DNA of 64,000 bases from Patescibacteria group bacterium (GTDB lineage: Bacteria > Patescibacteriota > Minisyncoccia > Phycocordibacterales > GCA-2747955): NCBI GenBank assembly GCA_048538215.1, contig JBLYPV010000001.1:333499-397498 (forward strand), in the 5' to 3' direction. The translations under genes and the position numbers were made by a program. Numbering within the stretch: the first letter of the stretch is position 1; every line of letters starts with the position of its first letter. The notes under the pieces are model-generated. The model worked only from the letters and a program-made list of their open reading frames with translations. It searched no databases and was not told the origin of the DNA. Shown piece by piece: positions 8,259 through 18,824 of this stretch.

Positions 8259-10208
8259 ATGATAGATTCCTTTAGCGGTACTATTCGCACTACTAATAGA
8301 CAAACGGGCTATGTATCTATTCCCGACACTGATCGCTTTGTAGAAATCAGTGGAGCCGATCTCAATACCGCATTAAATAATGATACCGTACGTGTTGTAA
8401 TCACAAGCAAACAAGAGCATGCTCGTGATGATCTTGGGCGCGTTGTAAAGGTATTAAAACGAAGTAAGACAAAATTTGTAGGTCAGATTAAATATCTATG
8501 GAATGAGGAAAAGAAGAAAAAAGCACCACAATTTATTGCTGATGGCCGCGGCTTTTACCCAAACAACCCTTATATTTCTAATCTTCAATCCTTTGATGAT
8601 TTAGAAGGAAAAAAGATTGTTCTCGAACTTGAGTCTTGGGATGACCCGGCCCGAGATCCAAAAATGCGTATCGATCAAATACTTGGTGATGTGGGAGATA
8701 ATGAAGCAGAGATGCAAGCTGTAGTAATTGACCGCGGACTTGTCCTCGGCTTTGAACCAGAGATTGAAGAATTAGCTGCCCAATATAAAAAAGGTTTTAA
8801 AGAAACATTCGATAAAGAGCTCGTGCGCCGGCGTGATATGCGTGATCGGACTATGTTTACCATTGATCCAGCTGATGCCAAAGACTTTGATGATGCTCTA
8901 TCGGTGCACAAGCTTGACAATGGAAATTATGAAATTGGTATTCATATTGCTGATCCATCTTTTTTTGTCGAAGAAGGGAGTCGACTTGATGAAGCGGCCT
9001 ACGAACGAGCTACCTCTATCTATCTCGTTGATCGCACCATACCTATGCTTCCTGAGGTACTCTCTAATGATCTCTGCTCACTAAACCCCAAAGAAGAAAA
9101 GCTTACCTTTTCAGCCGTCTTTGAAATGAGCCCCAAGGCAGAAATTGTTAGCCGATGGTTTGGTGAGACAGTGACGGTCTCAGATTACCGTTTTACCTAC
9201 CAAGATGCACAAGACATTCTCGATGCTGGTAATGGTGCATATTATACAGAGCTTAGTATTCTTTCAGATATTGCAAAAATTTTACAAAAACAAAAAATAG
9301 CGGGTGGTGCAATCGAGTTTGAATCAAAGGAAGTAAAATTTGAGCTTGATAGCAAGCTCTTTCCTATACGTGTAATTCCAAAAGAGCGCTTATGGACTAT
9401 GGAAATTATAGAGGAGTGTATGCTTCTTGCCAACCGCGAAGTATCTCGATTTGTCTCTCTTGATGAACATGGCCAAGCAAATAGCCGGCCCTTTATCTAT
9501 CGTGTTCACGACAAACCAAAACAAGAAAAAATTATGGAAGCAGTGAGCTATTTGCGTACCATTGGCTTTGAAGTAGATAGCGATGGAGATGGCAATATCA
9601 CCTCGGGAGAAATTAATCGCATTCTCAAGGAACACCGAGATAGCCCCCTTGAGGATTTAATATCTATGACGCTCTTACGAGCTATGAATAAGGCAACCTA
9701 CAGCACAAAAAACATTGGCCACTACGGACTGGGCTTTGCTTATTATTCTCATTTTACCTCCCCTATTCGTCGCTATCCAGATGTCATTGCCCATCGCCTA
9801 CTTCGCCGATACCTGTCTGGTGAAGATGTGCCGGAAAGCGAGAGGGCGTATATTCAAAAGCAAGCAGAACACTCGAGTGATATGGAGCTACGCGCAGTAG
9901 AAGCTGAGCGAGAATCGATTAAATTTAAATATACTCAGCTCTTTTCTACTATGATTGGACAAGAGGTAGATGCGGTAATTTTCAAAGTGATGAAATTTGG
10001 CCTTTTAATCGAAGAAAAAGAAACTCGCGGTGAAGGTATGATAAATGTACGCAATATGGGCGGTGATTACTTTGAATTTGATGAGAAGCATATGATACTT
10101 ATCGGGAGAAATAATGGCAATAAATTTCAAGTGGGAGATAAAATTAGGGCACGAGTAATCAATGCTGATATTGAAAAAAAACAAATTGATTTTGAGCTTA
10201 TTAGCTAA
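8259..10208 (+). CDS. rnr: RNB-family 3'-5' exoribonuclease (RNase R / RNase II) with C-terminal S1 domain
   Basis: RNB catalytic motifs ('DPADAKDFDDALS', 'HYGLGFAYYSHFTSPIRRYPD'). Confidence 0.85.
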   Translation: MIDSFSGTIRTTNRQTGYVSIPDTDRFVEISGADLNTALNNDTVRVVITSKQEHARDDLGRVVKVLKRSKTKFVGQIKYLWNEEKKKKAPQFIADGRGFYPNNPYISNLQSFDDLEGKKIVLELESWDDPARDPKMRIDQILGDVGDNEAEMQAVVIDRGLVLGFEPEIEELAAQYKKGFKETFDKELVRRRDMRDRTMFTIDPADAKDFDDALSVHKLDNGNYEIGIHIADPSFFVEEGSRLDEAAYERATSIYLVDRTIPMLPEVLSNDLCSLNPKEEKLTFSAVFEMSPKAEIVSRWFGETVTVSDYRFTYQDAQDILDAGNGAYYTELSILSDIAKILQKQKIAGGAIEFESKEVKFELDSKLFPIRVIPKERLWTMEIIEECMLLANREVSRFVSLDEHGQANSRPFIYRVHDKPKQEKIMEAVSYLRTIGFEVDSDGDGNITSGEINRILKEHRDSPLEDLISMTLLRAMNKATYSTKNIGHYGLGFAYYSHFTSPIRRYPDVIAHRLLRRYLSGEDVPESERAYIQKQAEHSSDMELRAVEAERESIKFKYTQLFSTMIGQEVDAVIFKVMKFGLLIEEKETRGEGMINVRNMGGDYFEFDEKHMILIGRNNGNKFQVGDKIRARVINADIEKKQIDFELIS

Positions 10209-10237
10209 AAACAAATTAGTACCTATGTCTGCCTATG

Positions 10238-10282
10238 AGGGGTAGTATTTATTGTCAGGGGCAAATAAATACTACCCTGCGC
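10238..10282. repeat. palindromic intergenic element, copy 2
   Basis: 'gggtagtatttattgtc-agg-ggcaaataaatactaccc', just after the rnr stop. Confidence 0.8.
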
Positions 10283-10318
10283 TAGGCTAGAGCCCATCTG
10301 GTTTGCTATAATTCAAAT

Positions 10319-10804
10319 ATGTCTATAGATAATCTATACTTTCGTGCCGGAGTGGGAATGATTGTTGTACGAGATACACAAGTCGCTCTTTTTGAACGCC
10401 AGGATGTACCAGGAAATTGGCAATTCCCTCAAGGGGGGATCTCTTTAGGAGAGTCTCCAGAAGAAGCTATGTATCGGGAGCTTGAGGAAGAGACTGGCAT
10501 TACTTCTGACGATATACTTGAAATAAAACAAGTGCCCTTCCTTACTTCTTATGCATATCCTCAAAAAATGTGGCCAGGTCTACCACATACTAATAATACC
10601 CATATTGGCCAATCACAATTTTGGTACATTATTACTCTTAAAGAACATTCAGTAATCAATCTAAATAAAGCGTCTGACTATGAGTTTATAAATTACAAAT
10701 GGGTCTCCTATGATGAAATTATTGATGAAATTATCGAGTGGAAACGCCCTACCTACGAGCAACTTATAAGATACCTCAAAGCAGACCCTGTAATAGAAAA
10801 ATAG
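10319..10804 (+). CDS. NUDIX hydrolase
   Basis: Nudix box 'GGISLGESPEEAMYRELEEETGI'. Confidence 0.85.
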   Translation: MSIDNLYFRAGVGMIVVRDTQVALFERQDVPGNWQFPQGGISLGESPEEAMYRELEEETGITSDDILEIKQVPFLTSYAYPQKMWPGLPHTNNTHIGQSQFWYIITLKEHSVINLNKASDYEFINYKWVSYDEIIDEIIEWKRPTYEQLIRYLKADPVIEK

Positions 10805-10821
10805 ACAAGGTAGATACTATA

Positions 10822-13059
10822 TTATTTTGCTACCATGCTCGCCTCATCCAAAGAAACCGATAGCAATCTTGATACTCCGTCGCTTCCCATTGTCACTCCA
10901 TATAATACTCCAGCGCGCGACATCGTCTCACGATTGTGGGTAATAAGAATCAATTGTGAGTGTTCGGCCAATTGTTCAATCATATCGCTATAGCGCTTGC
11001 TATTTGCTTCATCTAAAGCAGCATCTGTCTCATCTAAAATAATAAACGGTGGTGGAGCTACCTGTGACATAGCAAACAGCAATGCAATCGAGGTAAGTGA
11101 TCGCTCTCCCCCTGAAAGCATATCAAGGGTGCTGATTTTTTTATTCGGTAAAGATACCTGCATTTCTATTCCAAGCTCATAGACATCTTCTTCTGTTCGT
11201 ACTGGCACCTCCACTTCGCGTAATCCTGCGCTTCCACCAGAAAATAATGTTTGAAAAAATGTATTAAATGAACTATTAATTTGCTCAAGCCCCCGACGAA
11301 ATTTTTCATCGAGTTGGAGTTCAAGCTCTTTAATAAGTGCTTCCAGTTGGGCCATAGATTCCTCTAAATCTGCAAGCTGTGAAGCAATATACTCTGCTTC
11401 TTTCTTTCTCTTTGTGTATTCTTCTATTACTTCTTCCCCCCCAACAGCACCAGCATATGCGATTAGTGTCCGAGTTTTGATAATTTCTTCGCGTATGTCG
11501 CTTTCAATATTAAGCAGAGAAGTAGACGCTTGAGCGTGAGACATTATTTCATCTACTTGGTGGCCAAAAAGTGCTCGTGCCTCTGCTTCTTCTGCCTCGT
11601 ATTCACCCAATCGGTGTTCTAGATCACCAATGATACGATTTATCTCTTCTACTTCGTGCTGAGCCTCGGACTGATCCTGCTGTAGCTCGAGACGCTTGAT
11701 CTGTAGCTCTTGTTTGGCTTGAGTGGGGCTAATCTGCTTGGCACGTAGGGTATCAATCTCCGCTAGTAGCTTTTTTTCAGATTGCTCAAGCTCTGCTCGC
11801 TCTGCTTCTTGAGCTTTGAAAACAGCACGGTGTTCTTCAATCTGAGCTTCATATCCCTTATCTGAAACACTCGAGTGAGTGCCTGTGAGATTATCAATGA
11901 TTTCCTGAGCCTGCGCGTGATACTCAGACCGCGCTTCTTCACTAAGTGAATCATATTCACCAAGCATATCTTCCCACACTTGCCGTGCCTCATAATCGAG
12001 CTTTAATAAGTCGAGCCGGGCACGGACCCAATCATTTACTAATTTATACAATTTTCGTGCTATCGCATCTCGCTTGTCTTTTCCCCCAAGAGCTACCTTG
12101 TGTGCTTCGGCTACTTGAGCTTCGGCAAATTCTATACGCGCCTCCATCTGGGCGATTATTTTATCACACCGAGCCTTGGCACTACGTAGCTCTCTAAGCT
12201 CTTGCTCGAGAATCACTTGAGCCGATTGAGTATCCTGCTTTTCAGACGATTCTTTTATTGGCTCATTGTCTACTTCAAGATTTTTTAAGTGAGACACAAT
12301 ATGCTCAAGCTCTTTTGTTATTTCTTGCCTACGAACCCTTGCCTTCTCAAGCTCTTGAATAATGGTGTGTTTCCCCGGAAGATACTTACTATACAAATCA
12401 GATAATGTCTTCCTGAGCTCTCGTGCTTCTTGAATTTTTTCTACCTTGCGCTTGAGCTCATGCAATCTAGGAGTATTGGCTCGCTCTTGATTTTTTACCT
12501 CTTGTAGATTTTCGCTCGTTTTAGCTAGCTTGCGTTCTGCTTCTTGTTTCTTAATTGTATACACCTTCAAGCCGAGAGCTTCTTCTACGAGCCCTTTACG
12601 GTCACGAGCTGAGAGTGTCAGTATTTTATCAGCTTCACCTTGAGAGATAATGTGATGGCCACTTGAGCCAATATTTGCACCTGCCAAAAGCTCGACTACA
12701 TCTTTGGCTCGTACTGTATTACCATTTATTTGATACTCATTATTCCCATCTCGCAAGACCGTGCGCGTGATAACCACCTCATGGTAATCAATATTGAGTG
12801 TTTTATCGCTATTGTCGAGTGTTACAGACACCCATGCTCGATTAATCTGCCCTGCCTTACCAGCAAATAGTAGGTCACTCCCCTTTTTGCTACGCATATT
12901 CTTAAAGCTCTGTTCACCAAGCACAAAACGAAAAGCCTCGGCTACATTCGATTTTCCACTACCATTTGGACCCACAATAGCTGAGATCCTGCTAGAAAAA
13001 TCAAAATGCGCTTTTTTTGCAAATGATTTATAGCCATTAATTTCTAGCGCCTTGAGATA
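10822..13059 (-). CDS. smc: SMC-family chromosome segregation ATPase (short form, about 745 aa)
   Basis: N-terminal Walker A 'IVGPNGSGKSNVAEAFRFVLGEQS', a long coiled coil, and C-terminal signature 'LSGGERSLTSIALLFAM...ILDETDAALD'. The probable start is 'MYLKALEINGY'. Confidence 0.8.
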   Translation of the reverse strand, partial: YLKALEINGYKSFAKKAHFDFSSRISAIVGPNGSGKSNVAEAFRFVLGEQSFKNMRSKKGSDLLFAGKAGQINRAWVSVTLDNSDKTLNIDYHEVVITRTVLRDGNNEYQINGNTVRAKDVVELLAGANIGSSGHHIISQGEADKILTLSARDRKGLVEEALGLKVYTIKKQEAERKLAKTSENLQEVKNQERANTPRLHELKRKVEKIQEARELRKTLSDLYSKYLPGKHTIIQELEKARVRRQEITKELEHIVSHLKNLEVDNEPIKESSEKQDTQSAQVILEQELRELRSAKARCDKIIAQMEARIEFAEAQVAEAHKVALGGKDKRDAIARKLYKLVNDWVRARLDLLKLDYEARQVWEDMLGEYDSLSEEARSEYHAQAQEIIDNLTGTHSSVSDKGYEAQIEEHRAVFKAQEAERAELEQSEKKLLAEIDTLRAKQISPTQAKQELQIKRLELQQDQSEAQHEVEEINRIIGDLEHRLGEYEAEEAEARALFGHQVDEIMSHAQASTSLLNIESDIREEIIKTRTLIAYAGAVGGEEVIEEYTKRKKEAEYIASQLADLEESMAQLEALIKELELQLDEKFRRGLEQINSSFNTFFQTLFSGGSAGLREVEVPVRTEEDVYELGIEMQVSLPNKKISTLDMLSGGERSLTSIALLFAMSQVAPPPFIILDETDAALDEANSKRYSDMIEQLAEHSQLILITHNRETMSRAGVLYGVTMGSDGVSRLLSVSLDEASMVAK

Positions 13060-13341
13060 CATATTGCAAGAATTATACCAGAGCATTGGAGATTGCCCTC
13101 CTCGGCTTTATCCACGATTGTCTCGATGTATAAATAAAAATTACTAAATACATAAGCAAGCTCTCTGCCGACTACACTTTATATAAATAAAATAGATGAT
13201 ACGCCTAGGCACCCTACCTACTATTTACTTCGTATATACCAAGACAGAAATCAGACTTTTACTTACTATGTGTCGAGTGGGGCGTGGTGCCCCGTGGCAC
13301 CACACCTTGCAAAAAATCCAACTCTCATTTAGAGTACCTGC

Positions 13342-15549
13342 ATGAGCAAACTACTAATAGTGGAATCACCTGCCAAAAGTAAAACAATCGAAAAGTATCT
13401 CGGGAGTAATTATAAAGTACTTTCTTCTGTAGGACATATTCGTGATATTCCTAAATCAGCTAGCAAGAAAGCCAACGCGGTAGATATAGAAAATGGCTTC
13501 ACTCCAAATTATGTAATCATTGATAAAAAACAAAAAGTAATAGACGAATTAAAAAAGGCGGCAAAAAAAGCCGAGGAGGTATTGATTGCTACCGACCCCG
13601 ACCGTGAGGGCGAAGCGATTGGCTGGCACATCAAAGAGGTGTTAGAACTCGGCGACGATGATTATAGCCGGATTACTTTTAATGAGATTACTAAAGATGC
13701 GGTACTTGAAGCACTTCGTCATCCACGAAAAATTGATAACAACTTAAAAACGGCCCAAGAAGCTCGTCGTGTACTTGATCGACTATTTGGCTATGGACTC
13801 TCTGGGCTTATTTGGAAAAAAGTGCGCTATGGTCTTTCTGCTGGGCGTGTACAATCACCAGCACTACGCATCTTAGCCGAGCGAGAACGAGAAATTCTTG
13901 CCTTTATTCCTGATGATTATTTTCAAATATCTGCTCAAACAAAAACAAAAAGAGGCCATCTTGTCGAGCTATCTTACCACCACGACATTTACAAAGAATC
14001 AGAAAAAGATCTCGTAGAAAGCGAGTGTGCGAGCAAAAAAGAATTTATCATACGAGATATTAAAGAAGGCGAAGTATCGCGCAAGCCCAACGCCCCCTTC
14101 ACCACCTCTACTCTCCAACAAACTGCTTCTAATCGCCTCGGCTTTGCTCCTGCTCGCACCATGCGAGCCGCCCAAAAGCTCTACGAAGCTGGGTATATTA
14201 CCTATATGCGTACCGACTCCCCTACTCTTTCCAAGCAGGCGATAACACAAATTGCTGGCTTCGTCGAAGACTCTTTTGGTAAAGATTATCTTGAGATCAA
14301 ACAATTTGCCAGCAAGAGCAAAAACGCCCAAGAGGCACATGAAGCCATCCGTCCTACAGAGGCACACAAAACAAGTGGTGGCCGTACAGACGATGAAAAG
14401 CAATTGTATAATCTCATTTGGAAGCGCACCATTGCGAGTCAAATGAAGAGCGCACAAACATTACGCACCAAAGTAATTGCCTCAAATAGCGAACATATCG
14501 ATAATTTTAGCGTTTCAGGATCACGGCTCATCTTTGATGGCTGGCTCAAAGTATTTCCTGAAGCAGCTGGCGACGATGTGCTCTTGCCCGAGCTCTCACG
14601 CGGTGACACGCTTCGACTTATCAAGCTTGAAGTAGAGGCCAAACAAACTACTCCGCCTAATCGTTATAGCGAAGCAGGCCTTATTAGAGAGCTTGAATCC
14701 CGTGGTATCGGCCGACCTTCTACCTATGCAGCGATTATCAAAACTCTACAAGACCGTGAGTATGTACACAAAGAAGGTAAGACACTCATTCCTACTGATT
14801 TAGGTATGGTAATTTCTGATTTTCTTGAAACACATTTTGCTGAATACATATCTGATGATTTTACTGCCGAGATGGAGGACAACCTCGATTTAATGTCAGT
14901 CGGTAAAAAAGAATACGTAAAAACACTTTCTGAATTCTATAAGCCCTTTACTCAGGCCATTGAAGGTAAACAAGATATTGAAAAGCTGACTACGATTGGC
15001 CCTGTAGAAGACCAATCAATTAGCTGTCCTGATTGTGGTGGCAAAATGGAGTGGAAGCTTTCAAAGACTGGTAAATTTATGTCCTGTGCACGCTTTCCCG
15101 ACTGTGAAGGTGCTCGTACTGAAGATGGGAAGGAGCTTGAAGGGCCAAAAGATTTAGGCACCACCTGCCCACGCTGTCTTGAAGAAAATAAAAAAGAGCC
15201 AGGATCACTTGTCTTACGTGATGGTCGCTTTGGGCAATTTATCTCCTGCTCTACTTATCCTAAATGTAAGTACATACAAGAAGATGAAGAGACCAAAAAA
15301 GCTAATGGGACGGGAGTGAAATGTACCGAGTGTAAAGATGGTGAGATGATGAAAAAGATGGGTCGCTTTGGAGAATTTTTTGCCTGTAGTAATTATCCTG
15401 ATTGCAAGCACGCAATCAAAGCTCTACCTACTGGTAATCACTGCCCTATGTGTGGGGCTTTAATGATGCAAGGCACCAAGACAATCCCCGAACGATGTAG
15501 CAAAAAAGAATGCCCTATGCATCGCCCTGATAAACTAGAAAAAACATAA
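13342..15549 (+). CDS. topA: DNA topoisomerase I
   Basis: Toprim N-terminus 'LLIVESPAKSKTIEKYLG', catalytic region, and C-terminal Cys4 zinc-ribbon repeats. Confidence 0.95.
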   Translation: MSKLLIVESPAKSKTIEKYLGSNYKVLSSVGHIRDIPKSASKKANAVDIENGFTPNYVIIDKKQKVIDELKKAAKKAEEVLIATDPDREGEAIGWHIKEVLELGDDDYSRITFNEITKDAVLEALRHPRKIDNNLKTAQEARRVLDRLFGYGLSGLIWKKVRYGLSAGRVQSPALRILAEREREILAFIPDDYFQISAQTKTKRGHLVELSYHHDIYKESEKDLVESECASKKEFIIRDIKEGEVSRKPNAPFTTSTLQQTASNRLGFAPARTMRAAQKLYEAGYITYMRTDSPTLSKQAITQIAGFVEDSFGKDYLEIKQFASKSKNAQEAHEAIRPTEAHKTSGGRTDDEKQLYNLIWKRTIASQMKSAQTLRTKVIASNSEHIDNFSVSGSRLIFDGWLKVFPEAAGDDVLLPELSRGDTLRLIKLEVEAKQTTPPNRYSEAGLIRELESRGIGRPSTYAAIIKTLQDREYVHKEGKTLIPTDLGMVISDFLETHFAEYISDDFTAEMEDNLDLMSVGKKEYVKTLSEFYKPFTQAIEGKQDIEKLTTIGPVEDQSISCPDCGGKMEWKLSKTGKFMSCARFPDCEGARTEDGKELEGPKDLGTTCPRCLEENKKEPGSLVLRDGRFGQFISCSTYPKCKYIQEDEETKKANGTGVKCTECKDGEMMKKMGRFGEFFACSNYPDCKHAIKALPTGNHCPMCGALMMQGTKTIPERCSKKECPMHRPDKLEKT

Positions 15550-15721
15550 GTGCCATCACTTTTCTTACAAAAAATAGTAGTAAGATAATTACAAAACTTT
15601 CCAACGCCTGCCCAAGTACCCCGCTCCAAGTAAGACAATTAAAAAACGCTCGAATTACTCGAGTCGTTTGCGTCCTGCCCGCGAAGACGACTCGTCTTCG
15701 CGGGCTTGGCTCTGTGTAGCA

Positions 15722-16249
15722 TCAAGCATTGGCGTGCGTTTCGCCGATGCTGAGCATATTTATGGCGTCGACAATTGTCCCTCCTGTTGCCACCTCATAG
15801 ACTGCCCACCGAGCTTGCACGAAAAATTCATCTACCCGATGAACATATTCCTCTATGTGATCATAGATTTCATGCACGGATCCGGTGGCCAAGAAGGTAA
15901 AACTGAGCAAGAAATAACACTCACCACTCTCCTCTTCTCGACTGAAATACAGCGTCCCAGGAGGAAATAATGTACCATGTATTATATTGGAGAGAGTGAG
16001 AAGCGAGATAAAAATCTTTGAATCAATCTTCCCGAGACTTGTTCGAAAAAGATAGGTGAGCTCATCATGATTGACCTCTACACAATTAAAGTCGTAGGTG
16101 CCCATACCTCCTCCGCCTACCTCAATTTCGCTCGACACCACGACCCCACCTCCATTTATTTGATACACTGAAGGCTTGCATCCCATCTCCTTGAGAACGA
16201 GGTGGACCATCTCCATATGTTGGTTGTCTTCAAACAATGAAGCACTCAT
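15722..16249 (-). CDS. hypothetical protein (175 aa)
   Basis: Intact ORF, glycine-rich central segment, no recognised family. Confidence 0.5.
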   Translation of the reverse strand: MSASLFEDNQHMEMVHLVLKEMGCKPSVYQINGGGVVVSSEIEVGGGGMGTYDFNCVEVNHDELTYLFRTSLGKIDSKIFISLLTLSNIIHGTLFPPGTLYFSREEESGECYFLLSFTFLATGSVHEIYDHIEEYVHRVDEFFVQARWAVYEVATGGTIVDAINMLSIGETHANA

Positions 16250-16323
16250 GTCCGTATCCTCCTTTAATAAACGAGCATTCCTTACTCAATACTATATCAT
16301 ATAAATTTGACATCCTAGAATAA

Positions 16324-16368
16324 ATTGTTGAAAAATATTTTTTTGTTATACTCATTCAGAAAGAGGAG
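16324..16368 (+). promoter_or_regulatory. sigma70-like promoter plus strong Shine-Dalgarno for ORF 16377
   Basis: TTGTTG-N16-TATACT followed by AAAGAGGAGG 8 nt before the ATG. Confidence 0.4.
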
Positions 16369-16376
16369 GAATACTA

Positions 16377-16757
16377 ATGGGTATTGATAATATGCAATCG
16401 GGCAGTTGTGGGACATCAGTGATTTACCTGCCCACGTGGTGGCGTATGCGTGATGGGCTTAGCCCTGGTGCTATATGGCATCACTACCAAATTGAAAAGT
16501 CCAGGGCAGCTCAAATATGGCTTGAGCGCCGTATGGATGCACACGCTCAAAATATGGAGTGTATCGAGGATTTGATAAGCTTAGCAAATTCGCTCAAGTA
16601 CTTCTCGCCTCCTCTCTATGAGAAAATGCGCACGAGGATTCAAGGCAGAATACACAAGCTTTATTATCAAGGAAAACGGGTGACCTATCCTACTCGTACC
16701 CTGGAAATACTGTTACCTTTATTGGTCGAGATGGGCGTCTTGGAATGTATTATATAA
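16377..16757 (+). CDS. hypothetical protein (126 aa)
   Basis: ORF with a strong upstream RBS. No family recognised. Confidence 0.5.
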   Translation: MGIDNMQSGSCGTSVIYLPTWWRMRDGLSPGAIWHHYQIEKSRAAQIWLERRMDAHAQNMECIEDLISLANSLKYFSPPLYEKMRTRIQGRIHKLYYQGKRVTYPTRTLEILLPLLVEMGVLECII

Positions 16758-16809
16758 TTTCCAAGATAGGAAAGCTGAAACCGGCGCGCAAGCGCCGGAT
16801 TTTCTATAA

Positions 16810-17433
16810 TTAGATAATCATCATATCTGCTAGAGCATAGACTATCGTGCCGAGAATATTAGTACTAATTAAAATAAATAAAAGAGCAAAAATTACTATC
16901 AAAGCATAGCGCTCCAAAAAAAGCCGGATGTGCATCATCCTTCTCGGCAATATAGCAAAAAGAATTTTTGACCCATCAAGTGGTGGTACCGGGATAAGAT
17001 TGAGGACTGCCAAAAAAAGATTCATAACCACTACCAGGTATAAAGCTTCCATTACCCCAGTCGAAAGACCCCCTAATGAGGCGAGAATGTTGAAAGCCAC
17101 AGCGAAGATAATTGCAATTGCAATATTTACTGCTGGGCCGGCAAGTGCCACCTTTGCTTCTCCCCATTTTTTGTCTCGTAAATTTTGAGGATTATACATA
17201 ACCGGCTTTGCCATCCCAAAGAAAAATCCCCCTGCAAGAAGAGTAAAAGCTGGTACCGCCACCGACCAAATTGGATCTAAATGAACGATGGGATTGAGAG
17301 TGAGGCGCCCCATATTTTTGGCGGTTGGATCACCTCCAAAAAGGGCTGCGTAGCCATGTGCCATTTCGTGTAACACGATGGAGAATAAAAGAATTGGCAA
17401 AATTATCAATAAAATTTGTGGGTCTTCTGGCAT
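16810..17433 (-). CDS. site-2 protease family (peptidase M50) membrane metalloprotease
   Basis: HExxH 'VLHEMAHGYAA', the second motif 'LNLIPVPPLDGSKI', and a multi-TM profile. Confidence 0.8.
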   Translation of the reverse strand: MPEDPQILLIILPILLFSIVLHEMAHGYAALFGGDPTAKNMGRLTLNPIVHLDPIWSVAVPAFTLLAGGFFFGMAKPVMYNPQNLRDKKWGEAKVALAGPAVNIAIAIIFAVAFNILASLGGLSTGVMEALYLVVVMNLFLAVLNLIPVPPLDGSKILFAILPRRMMHIRLFLERYALIVIFALLFILISTNILGTIVYALADMMII

Positions 17434-17480
17434 AGAAGCTATTTTAGCATAAGAAAGACTTATATAAGTAACTCCTCCCC

Positions 17481-17528
17481 CGACAGGGTAGTATTTATTT
17501 GCAGGTGCAAATAAATACTACCCTGTCG
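17481..17528. repeat. palindromic intergenic element, copy 3 (perfect)
   Basis: 'cgacagggtagtatttatttgc-agg-tgcaaataaatactaccctgtcg', in the divergent region between the M50 protease and rpmB. Confidence 0.8.
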
Positions 17529-17609
17529 AGACGAGAAGGACGGTCTGCGTGGTTTAGCACTTGCGTTTTTTGCGTACTTTGTTACTATTGCCCCACTAAT
17601 TATCTAATT

Positions 17610-17855
17610 ATGGCAAAAGAATGTGCAATCACTGGAATATCAAGTAGCAAAGCAGGGGGATACTCCAATCGTGTTCGTGCTACCCAATTTAATCCTACAG
17701 GCAATCGCCGTCAAAAAGCTAATTTACAGAAAAAGCGTATTTTTGTACCTGAGCTTGATAAAACCTTTGTTCTCACCCTCTCTACTAGAGCCATCAAAAC
17801 TATCAATAAAAATGGCGCTTACCAAGTACTCAAACAAGCTGGCATTATCAAATAA
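17610..17855 (+). CDS. rpmB: 50S ribosomal protein L28
   Basis: 'MAKECAITGISSSKAGGYSNRVRATQ' is an L28 N-terminus. The internal ATG is used rather than the track start. Confidence 0.85.
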   Translation: MAKECAITGISSSKAGGYSNRVRATQFNPTGNRRQKANLQKKRIFVPELDKTFVLTLSTRAIKTINKNGAYQVLKQAGIIK

Positions 17856-17880
17856 ATAAATCCCTCGTACTACGAGGGAT

Positions 17881-18810
17881 TTATTTATTAAACGATGGTG
17901 TCTCCATAATAATTTTTTGTCCATCCGAAAGGAGTACGATGTCTCCCATCTGTGCAGTAGATACAAGTGGTATCCTCAAGTGCCTTAACCGAGTAAGTAC
18001 TTGCTCGTGTGGATGTCCGTATGGATTATCTGATCCTACCGATACAATGGCAAGCTCTGGATCGACCGCTTGAAGAAATGCCATTGAAGATGATGTTTTG
18101 GAGCCATGGTGAGCTAATACCAATACCTCTGATGCCAATTGCTCACCATAGATATCGACGAGTCGTGCCTCTACTGATTCTTCTATATCACCAGGAAAAA
18201 GAAAATCCATATCCTGATAGCGTACACGAGCTACCACTGAATGATTATTACGGCCTCTCCCTTGATATTCTTTTTGGGGCCAGAGAATCTCAAGTGTGAG
18301 ATTCTCTCCAATTTGATACATTTCTGGGGCATCAACTATCTTGGTATTTTGATTATATTCTTCCACTAGTTTTTGCACCGTGGTATGCATAGCTCCATCA
18401 AATTCAAAAGGTGCCCAGCTGATACGCCCAAGATTAAAATTCTTTATAAAGTATGGGGTCATTGCCATATGATCTCTATCTCCATGACTAATAATTAGCT
18501 CATCGATATACCTATCAATAAAGAATCGGTAGCGCCAAAGTGCACGGACACCCTCCATACTTGGGCCTGTGTCTAGCAATAATTCATAGCCTTCTGGGCT
18601 AGCAACATACGCGCTACTTCCCTGCCCTACATCCAAAACTACCACTTCAAGTAGCTTGGGTGCATATAATTCATGATACACACGATCAATAATAAGTGCC
18701 CCAACAAGCACCCCTATGCATAGAATAATAAGCTTAAATTGTGTACGAATCATTCTTGCCATCACCTTGCATAGTAGCAAAAATAGCCTAAATGTGGTAT
18801 AACCAACCAA
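17881..18810 (-). CDS. ComEC/Rec2-related metallo-beta-lactamase-fold membrane protein
   Basis: N-terminal TM helix and the MBL motif 'LLLDTGP...ISHGDRDHM'. Confidence 0.7.
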   Translation of the reverse strand: MVGYTTFRLFLLLCKVMARMIRTQFKLIILCIGVLVGALIIDRVYHELYAPKLLEVVVLDVGQGSSAYVASPEGYELLLDTGPSMEGVRALWRYRFFIDRYIDELIISHGDRDHMAMTPYFIKNFNLGRISWAPFEFDGAMHTTVQKLVEEYNQNTKIVDAPEMYQIGENLTLEILWPQKEYQGRGRNNHSVVARVRYQDMDFLFPGDIEESVEARLVDIYGEQLASEVLVLAHHGSKTSSSMAFLQAVDPELAIVSVGSDNPYGHPHEQVLTRLRHLRIPLVSTAQMGDIVLLSDGQKIIMETPSFNK

Positions 18811-18824
18811 CCCAAAAATACTTT

